In this document: positions 61,852 through 64,000 of the stretch, piece by piece
Numbering within the stretch: the stretch's first letter is position 1
Layout: every line of letters begins with the position of its first letter
From: Fimicolochytrium jonesii
Taxonomy: Eukaryota
DNA: 64,000 bases
Direction: 5' to 3'
NCBI RefSeq assembly: GCF_025526975.1
Contig: NW_026515687.1
Span: forward strand, 310,001-374,000
Notes under the pieces: model-generated
The model's database searches: none
Seen by the model: the letters and a program-made list of their open reading frames with translations, nothing else
Told to the model about the DNA's origin: nothing
Translations under genes and position numbers: made by a program

Positions 61852-64000
61852 CTAGTTATAAAACTTGGGAATCCCACTCTCGATCGTCGCGGGCTTAACC
61901 AGCTTCCCATTCAACAAGGCCTCTGAGACGAGCATGCGTTCCTCAAACACGTGCTGCTTCTTCAGACCCGTGGCTGGGGCGGCGGAGGGGTCGCGTCCGG
62001 CGTAGCGGATCAAGCGACCGCCGCGGATGGAGGCGCCTTTGCCGCCGTTGCGGCCGTTTTCGAGGCCGCCGGGGGTGCGCGTTGCGTCGAGCTTTTCGGC
62101 CCATGCTTTGCCCTGTGGGGATGACGGGTGTGGTTAGCTCATATTTTGGGACATCGACATGCAAAATCGGAAGACCGAAGATAAGACAACATACCTTCCC
62201 ACTCTTAAACCACTCCGTCTCCCTAACAGCCGTCTCCAACCTCGGCTCTACAAACGACCACGACCCAGAGTTGAAGCTCTCCTCCTGACACCACACCACC
62301 TCCTCCAAATTCTCATAATTGTCCACGACAGCCTTCACCTCCCAGAACGGGAACGGCGTGATCTGCTCCAACCTCACAATCGCCACATCGCGCAGCTGGT
62401 TCAGCTCACGCGCGCGGTACAGAAGGTAGTACACCTGCCCGCTGCAGAAGATGACGGACTTGATCTCGCGGGGCGGGGCGAGCTGGAACTCGGTCGAGCG
62501 AAGGGCAAGCGGGATGCGGGGTTCGATGTTGTTGGCGGCGCGGGGTTCGGTGATGTCGAGTTCCTTGAAGGGGTTCTCGTGAAGGACTTCGGGGATGACG
62601 CGCTGGAAGTATGTGCCTTCGGTCATTTCGTGGATGGAAGATTTGGCGAGGGGGTGGCGGAGGAGAGATTTGGATTCGAGGACTACCAGCTATGGAGAGA
62701 CGTTAAGTTAGCTCAACACTCGAAAGCCAAAAGAATGGAAGAAAGCCATAGTCCGTGCACGGGCACATACCGGCTTACGGAACTCCCTGTGAACCTGTCT
62801 CCTCAGCGCATGGAAGTAGTTGGCCGGTACAGTCGGGTACACAACTTGGATATTACAGTCCTGATGTTGCCTGGCGTAGCTGTCCCGTCCAGTGCCTTCC
62901 AACGTAGGCATAGTGTACGGATCCTCATCAACCATCTGCAAGAACCGCTCCACCCTAGCCGACGAGTGTTCGGGTCCCTGACCATCGTAACCGTGGGGCA
63001 GGAGGAGGGTCAGACCCGTGCGCTGCAGCCATTTCTGCTCGCCAGAGACAATGAACTGATCGATGATACATTGGGCGTTGTTGGCGAAGTCTCCGAACTG
63101 GGCTTCCCAGATAACGAGCTGGTGCGGGCTGACCATGGAGTAACCCAGCTCGAACCCGAGGCATCCGAACTCGGAGAGGGAGGAGTTGCAGACAGTGAAG
63201 TTGCTTTGCGAGGGGACGACGTCGCCTGCAACCAGGTGGTTCAAGGGGACGTAGGTCTTTTCGGTTTGCTGGTCGTTCAAGAGGGCGTGACGTTGCGAGA
63301 AGGTTCCACGCTCCACATCCTGCCCACTGAGGCGGACGTGCTGGTTTTCAGCCAGCAGTGTGCCGAACGCCATGGACTCGGCGGTCGCCCAGTCGATACC
63401 TTCACCCTCAGTGACGGACTTTTGACGCTGCTTGAGAATTTTGCCCAAGTTGGGGTGCACCGTGAAATCGGACGGGTAGCTGGCGCCCGTGTTTCCGATG
63501 TAGCGGAGAAGGTCGAGATCCACACCGGTCGGCTTTGGTGGGACCGTCTCCTTGGCTAGCTCGGCGGGAGCTTTGAAACCTACATCACCCACGTTGGTGA
63601 GACCCAGGAAAATAACAAAGGACTTGGAGTTCAGCAGCCACACTCTTACCTGACCAGGAACTTGATTGCCATTCCTTTGAGCTGCCCTGGTAGTTCTCAC
63701 TGGCCTTGTAGTTGTCCTGCAGGATTCCCCAGACACGCTTCTTCATGGCGTCGACTTCCTCCTGCGTGACCGACCCTTCGGCCAAGAGTTGCGCAATATA
63801 CTTGTCGAGGACGGGGGTCATGCCGGCGATTTTCTGTAAATGATCACAGCAGGGTCAGCACTTTACCAAAGACCACGGGAATCATGGTGAGCACACGGGC
63901 ATACCTTGTACATCAAGGGTTGAGTAAAGCTAGGCTGGTCGATTTCATTGTGTCCATACTTTCGGTAACACACAATGTCGATAACAACGTCCTTCTTATA
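61852..64000 (-). CDS. KGD1: 2-oxoglutarate dehydrogenase E1 component, 3' part; multi-exon
   Basis: '[18 protein letters not shown]', '[10 protein letters not shown]', '[16 protein letters not shown]', 'CSGQVYY' and 'WCQEE'. Stop at 61852. Confidence 0.97.

Noticed and set aside
62159..63559. 466-aa plus-strand ORF
   Set aside because: Antisense shadow of KGD1 caused by codon bias.
1..64000. CRISPR arrays, rRNA or tRNA genes
   Set aside because: No regularly spaced repeat-spacer arrays, rRNA signatures or cloverleafs were seen by eye.

Overview
Eukaryotic, intron-rich (GT-AG, mostly 50-100 nt) fungal genomic DNA. Gene content and intron density suggest an early-diverging, probably zoosporic (chytrid-like) fungus; this is inference. 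Recognisable genes are RAV1/rabconnectin (3' end off the window), a 3-exon TOM6-like microgene, a RecJ-like DHH phosphoesterase, CDC20, DSC2/UBAC2, a Myb/SANT protein, a GTPBP1/2 GTPase, a DUF1752+DUF3295 regulator, a BI-1/BXI1 protein, a CorA transporter, FEN1, a Fungal_trans factor, a YRB30-like protein and KGD1 (5' end off the window). The more unusual parts are: (1) an intronless bacterial-type MenT/AbiEii-like nucleotidyltransferase with a putative fused antitoxin-like segment, a possible mitochondrial presequence and a 1-nt frameshift; (2) a GCGAGCG(A/G)AGCGAGC repeat family in four unusually long introns, with the main copy sense-oriented each time; (3) a Copia integrase tail carrying a chromodomain, joined to Gypsy RNaseH-integrase remnants; (4) a young 409-bp fold-back MITE; (5) a secreted Cys-rich toxin/antimicrobial-like precursor; (6) a truncated Cu/Zn-SOD remnant. 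Family calls come from motif recognition by eye, not database searches. Exon boundaries were inferred manually.
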